A program made the translations under genes and the position numbers. Of a stretch of 64,000 nt of DNA, positions 42,982-57,735 are shown one piece after another. Source of the stretch: Eledone cirrhosa (taxonomy: Eukaryota). Location of the stretch: the NCBI GenBank assembly GCA_964016885.1, contig OZ024757.1, forward strand, positions 29,326,001 through 29,390,000. Direction: 5' to 3'. How positions within the stretch are numbered: the stretch's first letter is position 1; each line of letters begins with the position of its first letter. The notes under the pieces were generated by a model. That model ran no database searches, was not told where the DNA came from, and saw nothing but the letters and a program-made list of their open reading frames with translations.

Positions 42982-43596
42982 CATACTTGTGTGTGTGTGT
43001 TTGTTGTTAAAGAAAAAACAACAGTAGCAGACATTTTGTTTTGAATATTTTTCAATTATTTCTTTTGTCAGAGGAGTACTACAAAAGAATTCCATCGTAA
43101 AAGGAAGTTCAAATTATTATTCTTTTGTCGAAATGGTAAGGTGAGATGTCTCTATGATAATTCGGTTAACCTACAAATACAAAATCTAAAACAAATCATT
43201 AAAAATAACAATAGAAATCATTGCCACTTCCCTAGCCTCCAAGAATAATAAACCAAATATCCATAAATATAAGCGGGAAAAAATGCCATTGCTACAACTA
43301 CTGCAGTAGTAGTAGTAGTAGTAGTAGTGGTGGCGGTGGTTTTAGAGCTGGTGGTGGTAATGGTGGTGGTAGTGGTAGTAGTGGTAGTAGTGGTGGTGGT
43401 GGCGGTAGAGGTGGTGGTAGTAGTGGTGATGATGGTGGCGGTGGTGGTAGAAGTAATGGTGGTGGTGCTTTTCAAGATTAGCTCAACCAAATTTAAGATG
43501 GCTTTGCAAGTAAAGTAATTACATATTGCACCTGCGCATTTACAAAGATAGAACCACACAACAAAATCGATATTTTTCTCTCTCACTCTCTCGCTC

Positions 43597-43637
<41 letters not shown>

Positions 43638-43649
43638 ATATAAATATAA

Positions 43650-43814
<165 letters not shown>

Positions 43815-43815
43815 A

Positions 43816-43854
<39 letters not shown>

Positions 43855-43868
43855 TATATATATAAATA

Positions 43869-43902
<34 letters not shown>

Positions 43903-43933
43903 AATATATATATATAAATATATATATATAAAT

Positions 43934-43970
<37 letters not shown>

Positions 43971-44005
43971 AATATATATATATATAAATATATATATATA
44001 TAAAT

Positions 44006-44050
<45 letters not shown>

Positions 44051-44375
44051 TAAACATAAATATATGTATTAATAAATATATATATCTATATCTACATACA
44101 CATATATATATGTATATATATATACCTACATACATATATACAGCATATATACATACATATCTACATATATATATACATATATATATACATATATATATAC
44201 ATATATATACATATATATATACATATATATACATATATACACTTACAAACATATATACATATACACATAAATACACATATATATATATATATACACACAC
44301 ACATAAATACATCTACACACGCATACATATACACATACATATATATATGTATTCATAAATTCGCATACTCATATA

Positions 44376-44412
<37 letters not shown>

Positions 44413-44784
44413 TTATATTCAATATAAACATATAAACATATATATATATATTCAGTATAGGCATATGTCCATCCATATTTAATTTTAGCGTTTAATTCTA
44501 TCCGGTTCCTGACTTTTACACGAACCGACGCCGCAATATTCCAACGCTACACCATAACTTTCAAGGAAATCCGTGTATATTTATGACTGAATATATTTGT
44601 GGTGTGTGTGTGCGTGTGTATGTGTGCGTGTGTATGTGTGCGTGTGTAAATGGCAACATTGAGGACTGAGTAAGTTAGATTACCGATATAAAAGACACAG
44701 AAGCGAAAACCAACCAAACAGTGAGTGTGTTCTGTTATTAATTCTGGCAATATTACACAAATATGACCCTCCCCAAGTATAACA

Positions 44785-44816
<32 letters not shown>

Positions 44817-44828
44817 GGTTTACCATTT

Positions 44829-44871
<43 letters not shown>

Positions 44872-45010
44872 CCAGGGCGTGTAAGGTGAAACTCGTGTAG
44901 GTTCACCCAGGTGAGCACTCGATATTTAGGTTCACATGACTGGCGGGGTGTAGAGCTAGACAGAATTTAATATAATAATACAAGAACGATTTGTTATATA
45001 TATATATATA

Positions 45011-45142
45011 TAACGAAGGAAGTGTGGTAAGGAACCAGGTGGACCGTAACGCACCAGGGTACTCGATACTTAGGGTAGTAGAGTGGGCATTAGGAAAAGA
45101 GTCAGGACCCTGTCGGCTGAGCTCCGGCCGTTTCGATAGCTA
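45011..45142 (-). mobile_element. Fragment of the U3:A8-hammerhead family (3' half of ribozyme plus tail)
   Basis: CGGCTGAGCTCCGGCCGTTTCG is shared with 31662 and 56566. The tail is homologous (inverted) to 41636-41717. Confidence 0.7.
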
Positions 45143-45162
45143 TATATATATGAGTATGCATA

Positions 45163-45537
45163 CTGCCAACTCGTTTTCGAGTACGGCCACTACTTTATAT
45201 CCATGTAGGAGAACCCCTACCGATGCGCTGAACGAGTGTGACTTTCTAGTCCAGCCAGAGACTTGAACACTCTGGTACAAACACTACACTTGTGACAATT
45301 ATTGACACCTAGTGCTGGGCCCATGGTAACATGTGACGACAAGTGCAGAGAGATCTCCAGATATAAAGCAATGCCTGCGCCGTGAAGCTTTTATAGTGAG
45401 CAAAGGCACTGCACAAAGCCAGTCCGACTCTCTTAACCAAGATGATATTTACCAAAAAGAAGAACAAGTCAACACCATTGGATACCATCAGGGTTGCAGG
45501 TGTTATATCATAGTTTTCCTTCTCCTAGAATTCTGCC
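45163..45537 (-). mobile_element. 5'-truncated copy of the 605-bp element
   Basis: Matches 33185-33558; adjoins (TACA)n. Confidence 0.85.
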
Positions 45538-45541
45538 TACA

Positions 45542-45577
<36 letters not shown>

Positions 45578-45849
45578 TATGTATGTATATATATAAAAGA
45601 CTATACCATACACTCAAAAGATTCGGAGTTCCGTAGATTTCTGTAGAGAACTTTTCTATCACCTAATTAAACTGATTCTTCTCACAAGGGTCCCGATGTC
45701 ATTAGAAAAATTCATTAAGTCGTGTTGACGTAATTAGGAATAAGTTCTTCGGAAATTACTTTCGCCAATTACATTAAAGTTCTGTATAGAACCAATAACA
45801 TTTGGACGCGTGTTAAACACGATTGTGTTACATCAATAGGAATCGTATA

Positions 45850-46740
45850 GTAGTGGTGGTGTCATTGGTGTGGATTGTGGTGGTGATGATGGTGGTGGTG
45901 TTATTGGTGGTATATTGGTGTTGATAGTGATAGTGATGTTGGATGTGTTGTTGGTGTTGGTAGTGATAGTGTTGGTGGTGGTGGCGTTAGTGATGGTATA
46001 TTGGTGTTGAAAGTGATAGTGATGTTGGAGGTGTTATTGGTGTTGGTGGTGCTGATGGTGTGGTGGTGGTGTTGGTGATGATGATGGTGGTGGTGGTGGT
46101 GTTAGTGATGGTATATTGGTGTGGATAGTGATAGTGATGTTGGAGGTGTTATTGGTGCTGATACTGATGGTATATTGGTGTTGGTGGTGATGGTGATAAT
46201 GATTGTAGTGGCGGCGGTATGGGTGGTGTTGGCGGTTTTGTGGGTGGTTGTAGTGTTTGTGGTGGTGGTTGTTGATGGTGATGGTGGTGGTTGTGAGAGT
46301 GGTGGTGTTATTGATGGTGGTGGTGTTGGTGGTGGTTGTGCTGGTGATGTCAGTACTCTTAATGATGGTGGTTGTGATGATGGTGGTGGCGGTAGTGGTG
46401 GTAGTGGTACTGATAGATAGTGATGTTGGTGGTTGTGATGGTAGTGATAGTGTTGAATGTGCAGATGCTGATGATGGTGGTAGTCTTGGTTTGATTGTTG
46501 TGGTGGAGATGGTGGTAGTGAGGGTTATGATGATTGTGTTAGTATTGGTGAAGGTGACGCTGAATGATGGTGGTTGTGGTTGAGGTGTTGGTGTTGATGG
46601 TGGTGACGCTGGTGGGGAGTGATGATGGTGACGCTGGTGGGGAGTGATGATGGTGCTCTTGGTGGTGTTGGCTATGGCGGTTGTGGATGTATTGTTGTTG
46701 TTGTTAGTGATTGTGCTGGTAATGGTAGTGTTAATGGTGA
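45850..46740. repeat. Degenerate (GGT/GAT/GTT)n tract
   Basis: Direct reading. Confidence 0.9.
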
Positions 46741-46811
46741 CACTAGTTGTGCTAAAAGTAGAAACCATTATTATACAAATCGTATTTTACCAACCTCGTA
46801 AGGATGAGAGG

Positions 46812-46946
46812 TTAGTTTTGCCTTTCATCATAACGTGGTCGATGAAATAAAGTACCAGTCGCACACTGGGGTCGATTTAATCGACTTCCCCCCTTCTTTC
46901 AAACTTGCTGGCATTGTGCCTAAATTAGAAACAATTAGAAACAATT
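46812..46946 (+). mobile_element. SINE 3' portion
   Basis: GCCTTTCATC...AAGTACCAG...TGTGCCTAAATTAGAAACAATT. Confidence 0.75.
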
Positions 46947-47013
46947 AATTAATACATCCTAGGGTGTTCAGTTAGTTGAATAGCTGGAGTACCAGACAAA
47001 ACCTCCTGTATTA

Positions 47014-47372
47014 CAGTGGAACCTCGGCTCACGAACGCCTCTCTTACCGAACAGATCTGTTCACGAACAATTTTTCCGAACATAAAACGTCTCGGGTGAC
47101 AAACGGTGTCTCGAGTAACGAACACGCAAACAAGCAGCAACACTTGGTGACAAGCTTGGAGTATCGGTAGGGAAGCGTCACTTGGTGTGTAGTTAGTTAC
47201 AATGGTGATATATATCTATCTGTCTGCCTTTCACACACAGTCTCTCTCTCTCTCTCTCTCACTGTATTTCTCTCTCAACATTTCGTATGGGAAAATTAGT
47301 TTCAGTTAACAAAATCACGGGTGACCAACGGACTTCAACAATGAATTAAGACCCTGAGCCGAGGTTCAACTT
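47014..47372. mobile_element. Tigger/pogo-like MITE
   Basis: TIRs CAGTGGAACCTCGGCTCA / TGAGCCGAGGTTCAACTT, flanked by TA. Confidence 0.75.
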
Positions 47373-47724
47373 TATATAGTTTCGGCTCTTTATGTTCTGG
47401 AGTCAAATTCAGTCAAGTTCATCTTCGCCATTAAGTCTGTCATTGTTTCAGTGCCGATAAAACGAAACAGCAATCAAATATTAGAGTTGATTTATTCAAA
47501 CATCTTAATTTCTCATCACATTTCTAGCTTTATTCATGTGTTGAAAATAAATATGTCCAATAAATAAATGTGTCCAATTGCTGATTAATCGTATCGTCTG
47601 TTTTTCTTGATATAAGATTCAACTCTTATCGTGTGGCTATAAATCCGAATTTAAAGATAATTTGCACGATCACTTAAATCTGAGATTAACTAGCAGACAC
47701 ACACGTCTCTATACATACATACAT

Positions 47725-47785
<61 letters not shown>

Positions 47786-48021
47786 ATATACATATATATA
47801 TTTATTTATATATATATATATATTTATTTATATAAATATTTATTTATATATATATAGGCACACGTATATGTACACTCACAAAAGATGCACCTATCCACAT
47901 ACACAACTATATCCCATATATATATATATATCCTACATTTTATATATATACATTATACAATATATATTATACATTATATATATACATACATATATATATA
48001 TTATACACACACACACACATG

Positions 48022-48061
<40 letters not shown>

Positions 48062-49229
48062 TACCTACGTAGAGATATTACTGGTAAATATCTTACAACA
48101 ATGGCAGCATGACGTCTGATTTCTGCGCAACTTCTTCGCGAACAAACAATTTGAATGTGATGATAGCGACGACATTGTTTTAGTTTTAGTGGTTCTTTTT
48201 GCTGCTACAGTTGTCGTCGTTAAATTATGATAATGGTGGTGGTAGTGGCGATGGCAAAGATAGTGGTAATAGTGGGAGTTGTGTTAGCAGGAGAACGTGG
48301 AGGGAGGTGGTAGAAAAACTCAGACGATAATTAGTGATTAACAGCTATTATCTATGTCTATTGTAATATAAATTGCAAAGCAGTCACTGAAATAGAGAGA
48401 ATTGTGGTGAATCTGTACAAAAGCGTGAGAAACTAATTTTGTCAAGGCTTTCTAATCTCTCAGTCCGAATCAATCAGACTGAAAAACAGCCGAGTGATTA
48501 CAGACAAGAAGCTTCTTTTATATCGTAATAGATGTCACTACTCTTGTGTTATATAGCAATTCACTCCAGCACCGATGATATATCTATTAAGTAAATCCAC
48601 TACGTCATCGTCATGGTTTTCGGTTTTCTTCGTGTGTGTATATATGTGTGTATATATGGGTATGGTGTGTGTGTATGCATCTCTCTCTCATATATATATA
48701 TACACACACATATATATATATATACACATATATATATATATACACATATATATATATATATACACACACATATATATATATATACACACACACATATATA
48801 TATATATACACATATATATATATATATATACACATATATATATATATATACACATATATATATATATATACACATATATATATATATATACACATATATA
48901 TATACACACACATATATATACACACACATATATATACACACACATATATATATATACACATATATATATATACACACACATATATATATACATATATATA
49001 TATATACACACACATATATATATACATATATACATACACACATATATATATATATATTTATACGCACACACACATATATATATACACATATATATATATA
49101 TACACACACTCACATATATATATATATATACACACTCACATATATATATATATATACACACTCATATATATATATACACACATATATATATACACACACA
49201 TATATATACACACACATATATATACACAC

Positions 49230-49274
<45 letters not shown>

Positions 49275-49297
49275 CACACACACACATATATATATAT

Positions 49298-49384
<87 letters not shown>

Positions 49385-49390
49385 AAGGTT

Positions 49391-49434
<44 letters not shown>

Positions 49435-49594
49435 TACGTGTTTTGCAACGGATCACTTTGTGGCTCAATGAAAAGTTAATAAATTAAATAATCAGAGCTA
49501 TATATCATAAAACATGTCTATAGGAAATGGTATATATTTTATCTGGTGATTCTATAGACATGTTTTATGATTATATATATATATATATATATAT

Positions 49595-49654
<60 letters not shown>

Positions 49655-49751
49655 GAGCGAGAGAGCGAGAGAGAGAGAGAGCGAGAGAGAGAGAAGATGC
49701 ATTGTATGTAGATAAGTATGAATGTATTAATGATATATATATATATAAAAT

Positions 49752-49830
49752 AATTGTTTCTACTTTAGGCACAAGGCCAGCAAATAACCCAGTGCATTAC
49801 TAGTACTTTATTTTATCGACCCCGTAAGGA
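49752..49830 (-). mobile_element. SINE 3' fragment
   Basis: Homologous to 4446-4520. Confidence 0.8.
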
Positions 49831-51072
49831 TCGGTATATATAAAATAATATATGTATATAAATATATATAAAATAATATGTGTATATATATATAAAATAA
49901 TATATGTATATATATATAAAATAATATATGTATATATATATATTATATAATATATATATTTATTTATGGAAATAATATATATATATATATATATACAAAA
50001 TAATATATATATTTATATATATATATACAAAATAATATATATATTTATATATATATATACAAAATAATATATATATTTATATATATATATATATACAAAA
50101 TAATATATATATATTTATAAAAATAATATATATATATATAATATATATAGATATTACTTATATTATATATATGATATATATAATATATATGCGTCACGAC
50201 TCAATAAACGTAATGAAGGCATAACAAATCGTCCTTATTATATATATATATACATACATACATATATATATACACATACATGTATATATATGTATGTATA
50301 ATATATATATATAAGCTTGTATATATTGTTAAACTTAAAGAAATATAGGAAGAATGAGAAAGAGTTAAGAGGAAATAAATAGGGGTGGATTTAATAGTAA
50401 TATACCCAGTGAATGAGAAACAGAGCGAAAATCGGAATGTTTAGTCTCTTCAACGCAAACGCACACGTCATTCAGATGAGATTGAATAGCAGAGGGAAGT
50501 AAACGAACGGTAAATCGATTTGACAAGGGACATTAAATAACAACAATCAAAAAAAGTTCACGAGACACTACTCGACAATGACAAATACACTAATAACAAA
50601 AACAAGAAACAACACCAAGAGCAAGACTAATAAGAGAAGTAGTAATAAAAACAAACAGAATAAACATAAAAATAGAAATAGAAAATAAACTGTTTACAAC
50701 AGATGTAAGAGTTCAACGAATAATATTATTCCTTCGAAGAAACCTACAAAGCAAATAGCAAACCGCTAGAGAGGGAAAAATACTAAACAAGACGAAATAA
50801 CAACAGTGACTTACGAAAGAATGAAATAATAAAAAATAAGTGAAATGTGCAAGACCATAAAATTCGACACGGCCATTGGAAAGTTGCAATTCCCAAGTGA
50901 ATACGTCAAAATAGCCATTGTTTAACGAAATACCCAGATTCAGTAAACGCAAAGCGTGACAGCTAGAGTCGGCCCTCCCTCTCTAATGTGAGATATTTTG
51001 CTATAATCCACTCCTATTTACTCGCTTTAAAGTTATAGTCTACAATTGTTTTATCAACCGTAATATGTTTGT

Positions 51073-51112
51073 ATATATATATGTATATATATATGTATAA
51101 ATATATATATAT

Positions 51113-51164
<52 letters not shown>

Positions 51165-51177
51165 AATATATAAATAT

Positions 51178-51209
<32 letters not shown>

Positions 51210-52261
51210 TATATATAAATATATATATATATATAAATATATAAATATATATATATTATATATATATATAAATAAATATATATATATAAATATATAAATA
51301 TATATATATTATATATATATATAAATAAATATATATATATATATATATATAAATATATATATATTATATATATATAAATATATATATATTATATATATAT
51401 AAATAAATATATAAATATATATATATTATATATATATAAATAAATATATAAATATATATATATTATATATATATAAATAAATATATAAATATATATATAT
51501 TATATATATATAAATAAATATATATATATTATATATATATAAATAAATATATATATATTATATATATATAAATAAATATATATATATATTATATATATAT
51601 ATAAATATATATATATATTATATATATATATAAATATATATATTATATATATATATAAATATATAAATATATATATATTATATATATATAAATAAATATA
51701 TAAATATATATATATTATATATATATATAAATATATAAATATATATATATTATATATATATATAAATATATAAATATATATATTATATATATATATAAAT
51801 ATATAAATATATATATTATATATATATATAAATATATATATATATTATATATATATATAAATATATAAATATTATATATATATATAAATATATATATATT
51901 ATATATATATATAAATATATATATATTATATATATATATAAATATATATATATTATATATATATATAAATATATATATATTATATATATATAAATAAATA
52001 TATATATATATTATATATATATAAATATATATATATTATATATATATAAATAAATATATAAATATATATATATTATATATATATAAATATATATATATTA
52101 TATATATATAAATATATATATATTATATATATATATATTATATATATATAAATATATATATATTATATATATATATAAATATATATATTATATATATATA
52201 TAAATATATATATTATATATATATATAAATATATATATTATATATATATATAAATATATAT

Positions 52262-52337
<76 letters not shown>

Positions 52338-52511
52338 AATATATATATAAATATATATATAAATATATATATATCTATATCTATATATATAAATATATAT
52401 ATAAATATATATATATCTATATCTATATATATTATATATATATATATATAAATATATATCTATATATATTATATATATATATATAAATATATATCTATAT
52501 ATATTATATAT

Positions 52512-52543
<32 letters not shown>

Positions 52544-52679
52544 TATATATATATATATATATAAATATATATCTATATATATTATATATATATATATATA
52601 AATATATATCTATATATATTATATATATATATATATAAATATATAAATATATATCTATATATATAAATATATATCTATA

Positions 52680-52711
<32 letters not shown>

Positions 52712-53193
52712 CTATATATATATTATATATATATATATCTATATATATATTATATATATATATATCTATATATATATTATATATATATATATATCTATAT
52801 ATATAAATATATATCTATATATAAATATATATAAATATATATCTATATATATATTATATATATATATATATATATATCTATATATATATTATATATATAT
52901 ATATATATAAATATATCTATATATATATTATATATATAAATATATATCTATATATATATTATATATATAAATATATATCTATATATATATTATATATATA
53001 TATAAATATATATATCTATATATATATTATATATATATATAAATATATATATCTATATATATATTATATATATATATAAATATATATATCTATATATATA
53101 TTATATATATATATAAATATATATATCTATATATATATTATATATATAAATATATATATATCTATATATATATTATATATATATATAGATATA

Positions 53194-53238
<45 letters not shown>

Positions 53239-53243
53239 TATAA

Positions 53244-53254
<11 letters not shown>
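51073..53254. repeat. 2.2-kb (TA)n-derived array
   Basis: Direct reading. Confidence 0.95.
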
Positions 53255-53275
<21 letters not shown>

Positions 53276-53360
53276 AAAAGGTAAACAGAAATAACAACAC
53301 AATCGGTACAGTATATGGAAGGGATATATTAGGTTAACGCTTGATATAGCAGGAAGAGGG

Positions 53361-53396
53361 TCTTCACGTTTCGGACGCTTGACCTTCATCAGAAGA
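53361..53396 (-). ncRNA. Minimal hammerhead, same family as 30018, probably inactive (GUG site)
   Basis: Minus strand reads TCTT-CTGATGA-AGGTCAAGCGTCC-GAAA-CG-TG-AAGA. Flanks are homologous to 29960-30137. Confidence 0.65.
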
Positions 53397-53531
53397 AACA
53401 ATGAGAAATAAGATAGATTGAGGGGACGGGTGGGTTGGAATTGGAGGGGACGGGTGGGTTGGAATTGGAGGGGACGGGTGGTTTGGAATTGGAAAAAAAT
53501 GTCGTTAGACAAAAATAACAGGTCCACCTTG

Positions 53532-53686
53532 TGTGATACATATGTCAATGACGACAGTAGCCATTTGATTCCGTGTACCTAGTGCCATGAACTCATCAGA
53601 CAGCTTGTTACATAATGTCTGATGAGTTCATGGCACTGGGTACACGGAATCAAGTGGCTACTGTCGTCATTGAAATATGTATCACA
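53532..53686. repeat. ~70-bp-arm fold-back
   Basis: TGTGATACATAT...CTCATCAGAC / GTCTGATGAG...ATATGTATCACA. Confidence 0.9.
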
Positions 53687-53687
53687 G
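53616..53687 (+). ncRNA. Hammerhead with long stem II in the right arm of a fold-back
   Basis: TGT-CTGATGA-...ATGGCA/TGTCGT...-GAAA-TATGTA-TC-ACA, followed by AATAAA. Confidence 0.55.
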
Positions 53688-53981
53688 TCTTATCAATAAA
53701 GAACTTTAACATCTGAAGCTACTTCGCATTTTATTATTCTAAATATAATCCGTCACTCCTATGTGGAAAAAGTACGTTGTGTGTTTGAATTGAATTGCAT
53801 CAATGTTTACGTTAAGTATATATATATAGTCTTCTATGTATAGTCTTCTCAATAAGAAAGATGAATAGATCTTTTTAACACTTAATTTTAAATGTTTAAT
53901 ACTTTTTAATTATAATGTTCAACATTTGATAAGATGGATTACACCGATACATCGAAACGGATTATATTATTTAACTTTGCC

Positions 53982-54174
53982 AAGGGCGGTGGATTGGCAG
54001 TATCGGTAGAGGGTCGGACACCATGCTTTGACGCATAGAGTTACTGTCCTTGCTATTCTGAGTTTAAATCCCGCCGAGGTTAACTTTGCCTTTCATCCTT
54101 ACGGGGTCGATAAAATAAAGTACCAGTAATGCACTGGGTAATTGCTGGCCTTGTGCCATAAGTAGAAACAATTA
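53982..54174 (+). mobile_element. tRNA-derived SINE, full length
   Basis: A box TGGCAGTATCGG, B box GAGTTTAAATCC, central domain, 3' end GTAGAAACAATT. Confidence 0.9.
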
Positions 54175-54510
54175 TTTTATATATTTTATATACACAATAA
54201 AACTCCTTTTTTAAAAAAAAAGTGTTCCTCTCATGTTTTCAATAATGTTACTTTAACGGATCCCTATAACCTCTGTTTTGTATAAAACCTTGTTCCCTTT
54301 ACAAATATATATATTTATATACTCAGTATGTGCGAAGAAGACGGTATGATCGAACCCATATATTATGTCTGATAGTATACAGTTCTGTAACTGCTATAGA
54401 CCAGTCAATATATAGATGTGAACAACCCTCGGAAACGATCGTAAAACGATGAATAAGATATGTAAAATAACTTTCCTTTGTTATCATTGTTAAAAAAAAA
54501 CTAATATGTA

Positions 54511-54551
<41 letters not shown>

Positions 54552-54559
54552 ATAATAAT

Positions 54560-55025
54560 AATGATTTCTACTATAGGCACAAAGCCAGAAATTCTTTTTT
54601 GGGGGAAATCAATTAAATCGACCGTAAGGATGGAAGGCAAAGCTAACCTCTAATAATAATTGTTTCTACGTTTGGAACAAGACCAGCAATTATCACAGTG
54701 TATTACTGGTACTTTATTTTGTCGACACCGCAAGGATGAAAGGCAAAGCAAACCTCGGCGGGATATGAACTCACAAGTTAAAGGGCTATGCCGCGAAGTT
54801 AAACTATGCTGCGAAGCATGTCGATAATATTCGATTCGTTTGCAAGTAAACAAAGAGAGAAAGCGAGTGAAGAGAGAAAACTGATCCCGGTACTAGAGTT
54901 ATACTTTATTTGGCGGCACCGAAAGGATGAACAGCAAAGTTGAGCACGGTGGACTCCGATCTCAGAAAACGCAAGGACGGAATGAATATCACTGCTCTAT
55001 CCGATCTTCTAACGATACGGCCATT
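54560..55025 (-). mobile_element. Cluster of three SINE pieces
   Basis: Repeated AAGGATG(A/G)AAGGCAAAG-type motifs at ~54627, ~54732 and ~54923. Confidence 0.7.
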
Positions 55026-55984
55026 CCAAAGCTTGCTCAGGTCTATAAATACTTGAAATATATACAATTCATATTTTAGATAGAATGCTTTTGACCCTGA
55101 AAGAAAAGGCCAGTGCCAATGAATGTTATCTCATGAAGTCTTACAATGATAGAGATCTATAATGGAAATACATAACAGATAGACAAACAAAAACCACAAC
55201 AAAATACACGTTTCTTGTATATTACTAACATCTATGGGCGCAAAACCTTGAACACTTTATCAATGTTGTATCCTTGAGTTACTGGGGGTTTCTGATCTTA
55301 CAACATACACCCTCAGCCAAGTGATACAAATAAGGTTGCTCAAGGTTCAACCTATAACGAAATGGTATGATATACATACTACTAATATCACCGGTCTCTT
55401 CTCCTCAGACCACAGCTATCTAAATATACACTTGACTGATTTTACCTTGTTTTCCATATCTCCCTTATAGCTTATTCTACTAATGCCCAGAGTTATATGT
55501 TTTAAATGTTAGAAATCCATATTAGAATACCAAAAACAATAATAAGATCCAACAACAAAACCAAAATCTCGTATTTTTCTATCGTAACATATGTTATATC
55601 ACAACGAAGATGGTTTCCAACCGAACGCATGACTTGGTATTTATATATAAATGGGAAGAGAAATTCCTTCCAGCCATAGAAATGGGGACAGCCAGGAACA
55701 CTCTTAAAATTCATGGCTGATACACAAAGTTAAAAGTCACATGAATCAGACACAACAAATAGTAAAGAACAAAAAACCCTCCAATTGGTATATATGTGTG
55801 TGTGTGTGTCTGTGTGTCTGTGTCTGTGTCTGTGTCTGTGTGTCTGTGTCTGTGTGTGTGTCTGTGTGTGTGTCTGTGTGTGTGTGTGTGTGTATGTGTG
55901 TGTGTGTATATATTCATATATGTGTGTGTGTGTGTGTGTATATATATGGCTGTGTCAATGTGTGTATATATATATATATTCATA

Positions 55985-56081
55985 CAGTGTCCCCCCAAAA
56001 GTATACACACTTTTAATATCTGTACAGGCAATATTTAATAGAATGCTGATGAAGCTTGTATACATTTTTTTGGAGACCCTG
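55985..56081. mobile_element. Tc1/mariner-derived mini-MITE
   Basis: Imperfect TIRs CAGTGTCCCCCCAAAAGTATACA / TGTATACATTTTTTTGGAGACCCTG, with TA on both sides. Confidence 0.65.
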
Positions 56082-56225
56082 TATGTATATATATATTATA
56101 TTATATGTGTGTGTGAGTGTATATGTATGTGTATGTGTATATTATATTATATGTATGTGTATATTATATTATATGTATGTGTATGTGTATATTATATGTA
56201 TGTGTATATTATATTATATGTATGT

Positions 56226-56265
<40 letters not shown>

Positions 56266-56704
56266 GTGTTGTGTGTGTGTGTGTGTATGTATCGTATAAT
56301 GATTACCGCTCTAAAGGTTTGCACATTTCGTTTCTACTTGACTTCTTCAAAATCTAATATAGGATAGATGTGTAAGTAAATTGCCTCACAAAGTAAACAA
56401 CTCTTACATTTAATGCGATTACATATATTTGTCTCTGTTTATGTACATATATGAGCATATATACATGAATATTCATTATCTATCCATCTATCTATCTATC
56501 TATTTATCTATTTATCTATCTATCTATTTATGTATCTATCTATAGGAGAAAGGTCAGGACCCCGACGGCTGAGCTCCGGCCGTTTCGTCAGCTAGTATGG
56601 TTCAGCTATTATCTTACCACACCTTTGTACACATATATATCTTTATATATCTATCTATATATCTTTATCTATCTATCTATCTATATATATATCTATATAG
56701 ATAT

Positions 56705-56838
56705 CAGACCTGTCAACTCTGTTCGCCGGGGAGATCTCCCACCCACTTTGGGTGAAAATGGGTATAGCTGTCATTATGTCAAATCTCTCTATGTTCCCTT
56801 ATTTACCCCCGTTTGGGGTTTTTAGAGGTTGGCAGATA
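56705..56838. mobile_element. Possible short MITE
   Basis: Imperfect terminal inverted repeats CAGACCTGTCAAC / GTTGGCAGATAT. Confidence 0.35.
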
Positions 56839-56934
56839 TATATATATAGTGCAAATTTAGACTGGAACAAAACAGAGAGGCAGACAAATAAAGGTTTATT
56901 AGGTTCACGCTCTAGAGGGTGGGGGTGGGGTGGG

Positions 56935-56970
56935 GACGACGTTTCGGGCATAAGCCCTTCTTCAGGATAA
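56935..56970 (-). ncRNA. Minimal hammerhead core (stem I eroded)
   Basis: Minus strand reads CTGAAGA-A-GGGC TTAT GCCC-GAAA-CG-TC. AATAAA and a pyrimidine-rich tail follow, ending in (TA)n. Confidence 0.6.
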
Positions 56971-57154
56971 ATAGGTTAGGAAGAGAGTTCCGAGGGTGTG
57001 TGGAAATACATTTAGAAAAAAGGGAGAAGGAAAATAAATAAAAATAAAAATAAACGTAAAAACAAACACAAGAATTAACAATAAGATGAGCAAGTGGTGG
57101 AAGGGTGTGAGGCGTGTAAGGGTGATGGCGGGTGGAGTTGGGCCAGGGAGGCGG

Positions 57155-57450
57155 GTTGGCTTTGTGCCTAAACCAGAAACAATTATTATTAGAGGTTAGC
57201 TTTGCATTTCATCCATACTGGGTCGATGAAATAAAATACCAATAATGCACTGGGGGTCGATTTAATCGACATTCTCTTCCCCCTAAAAGTGTTGGCCTTG
57301 TGCTTGAAGTAGAAACAATTATTATTAAAGGTTAACTATGCCTTCGATCATTACGGGGTTGATACAATAAAGTACCAGTAATGTACTGTTGTCGATTTGA
57401 TCGACTTTCCTCTCCCCTTGACATTGTTGGCCTTGTGCCTAAAGTAGATA
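57155..57450 (+). mobile_element. Tandem SINE 3' portions
   Basis: Three TTGTGC...AGAAACAATT-type ends. Confidence 0.75.
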
Positions 57451-57735
57451 TAATTAATATTATCATCAATTAGAGGTTCCTGGGTTTTCAAATCCAACTT
57501 GTTCTCAATCACCTGCTTCCTCACAACGGATAATTCTCTTAAAGCTTTCATTAATATATGCATACATTATGCCAGCCAGGTTGACTATCTCACACTTACG
57601 GGGACACATTTATATTCATACACTATATATATGTGTGTGTATATATATTTATATATATACAAAATGTATATATATATACAAAATGGCGTAGGACAGAACA
57701 AAGGAGAGGCACAAAAACAAAGAAAAGAATCCCCA

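Noticed and set aside
53982-54075. tRNA gene
   Set aside because: The A/B boxes belong to a multi-copy SINE head; no cloverleaf.
54425-54450. GAAA-CGATCG-TA palindromic stem III
   Set aside because: No upstream core or stem I partner found.
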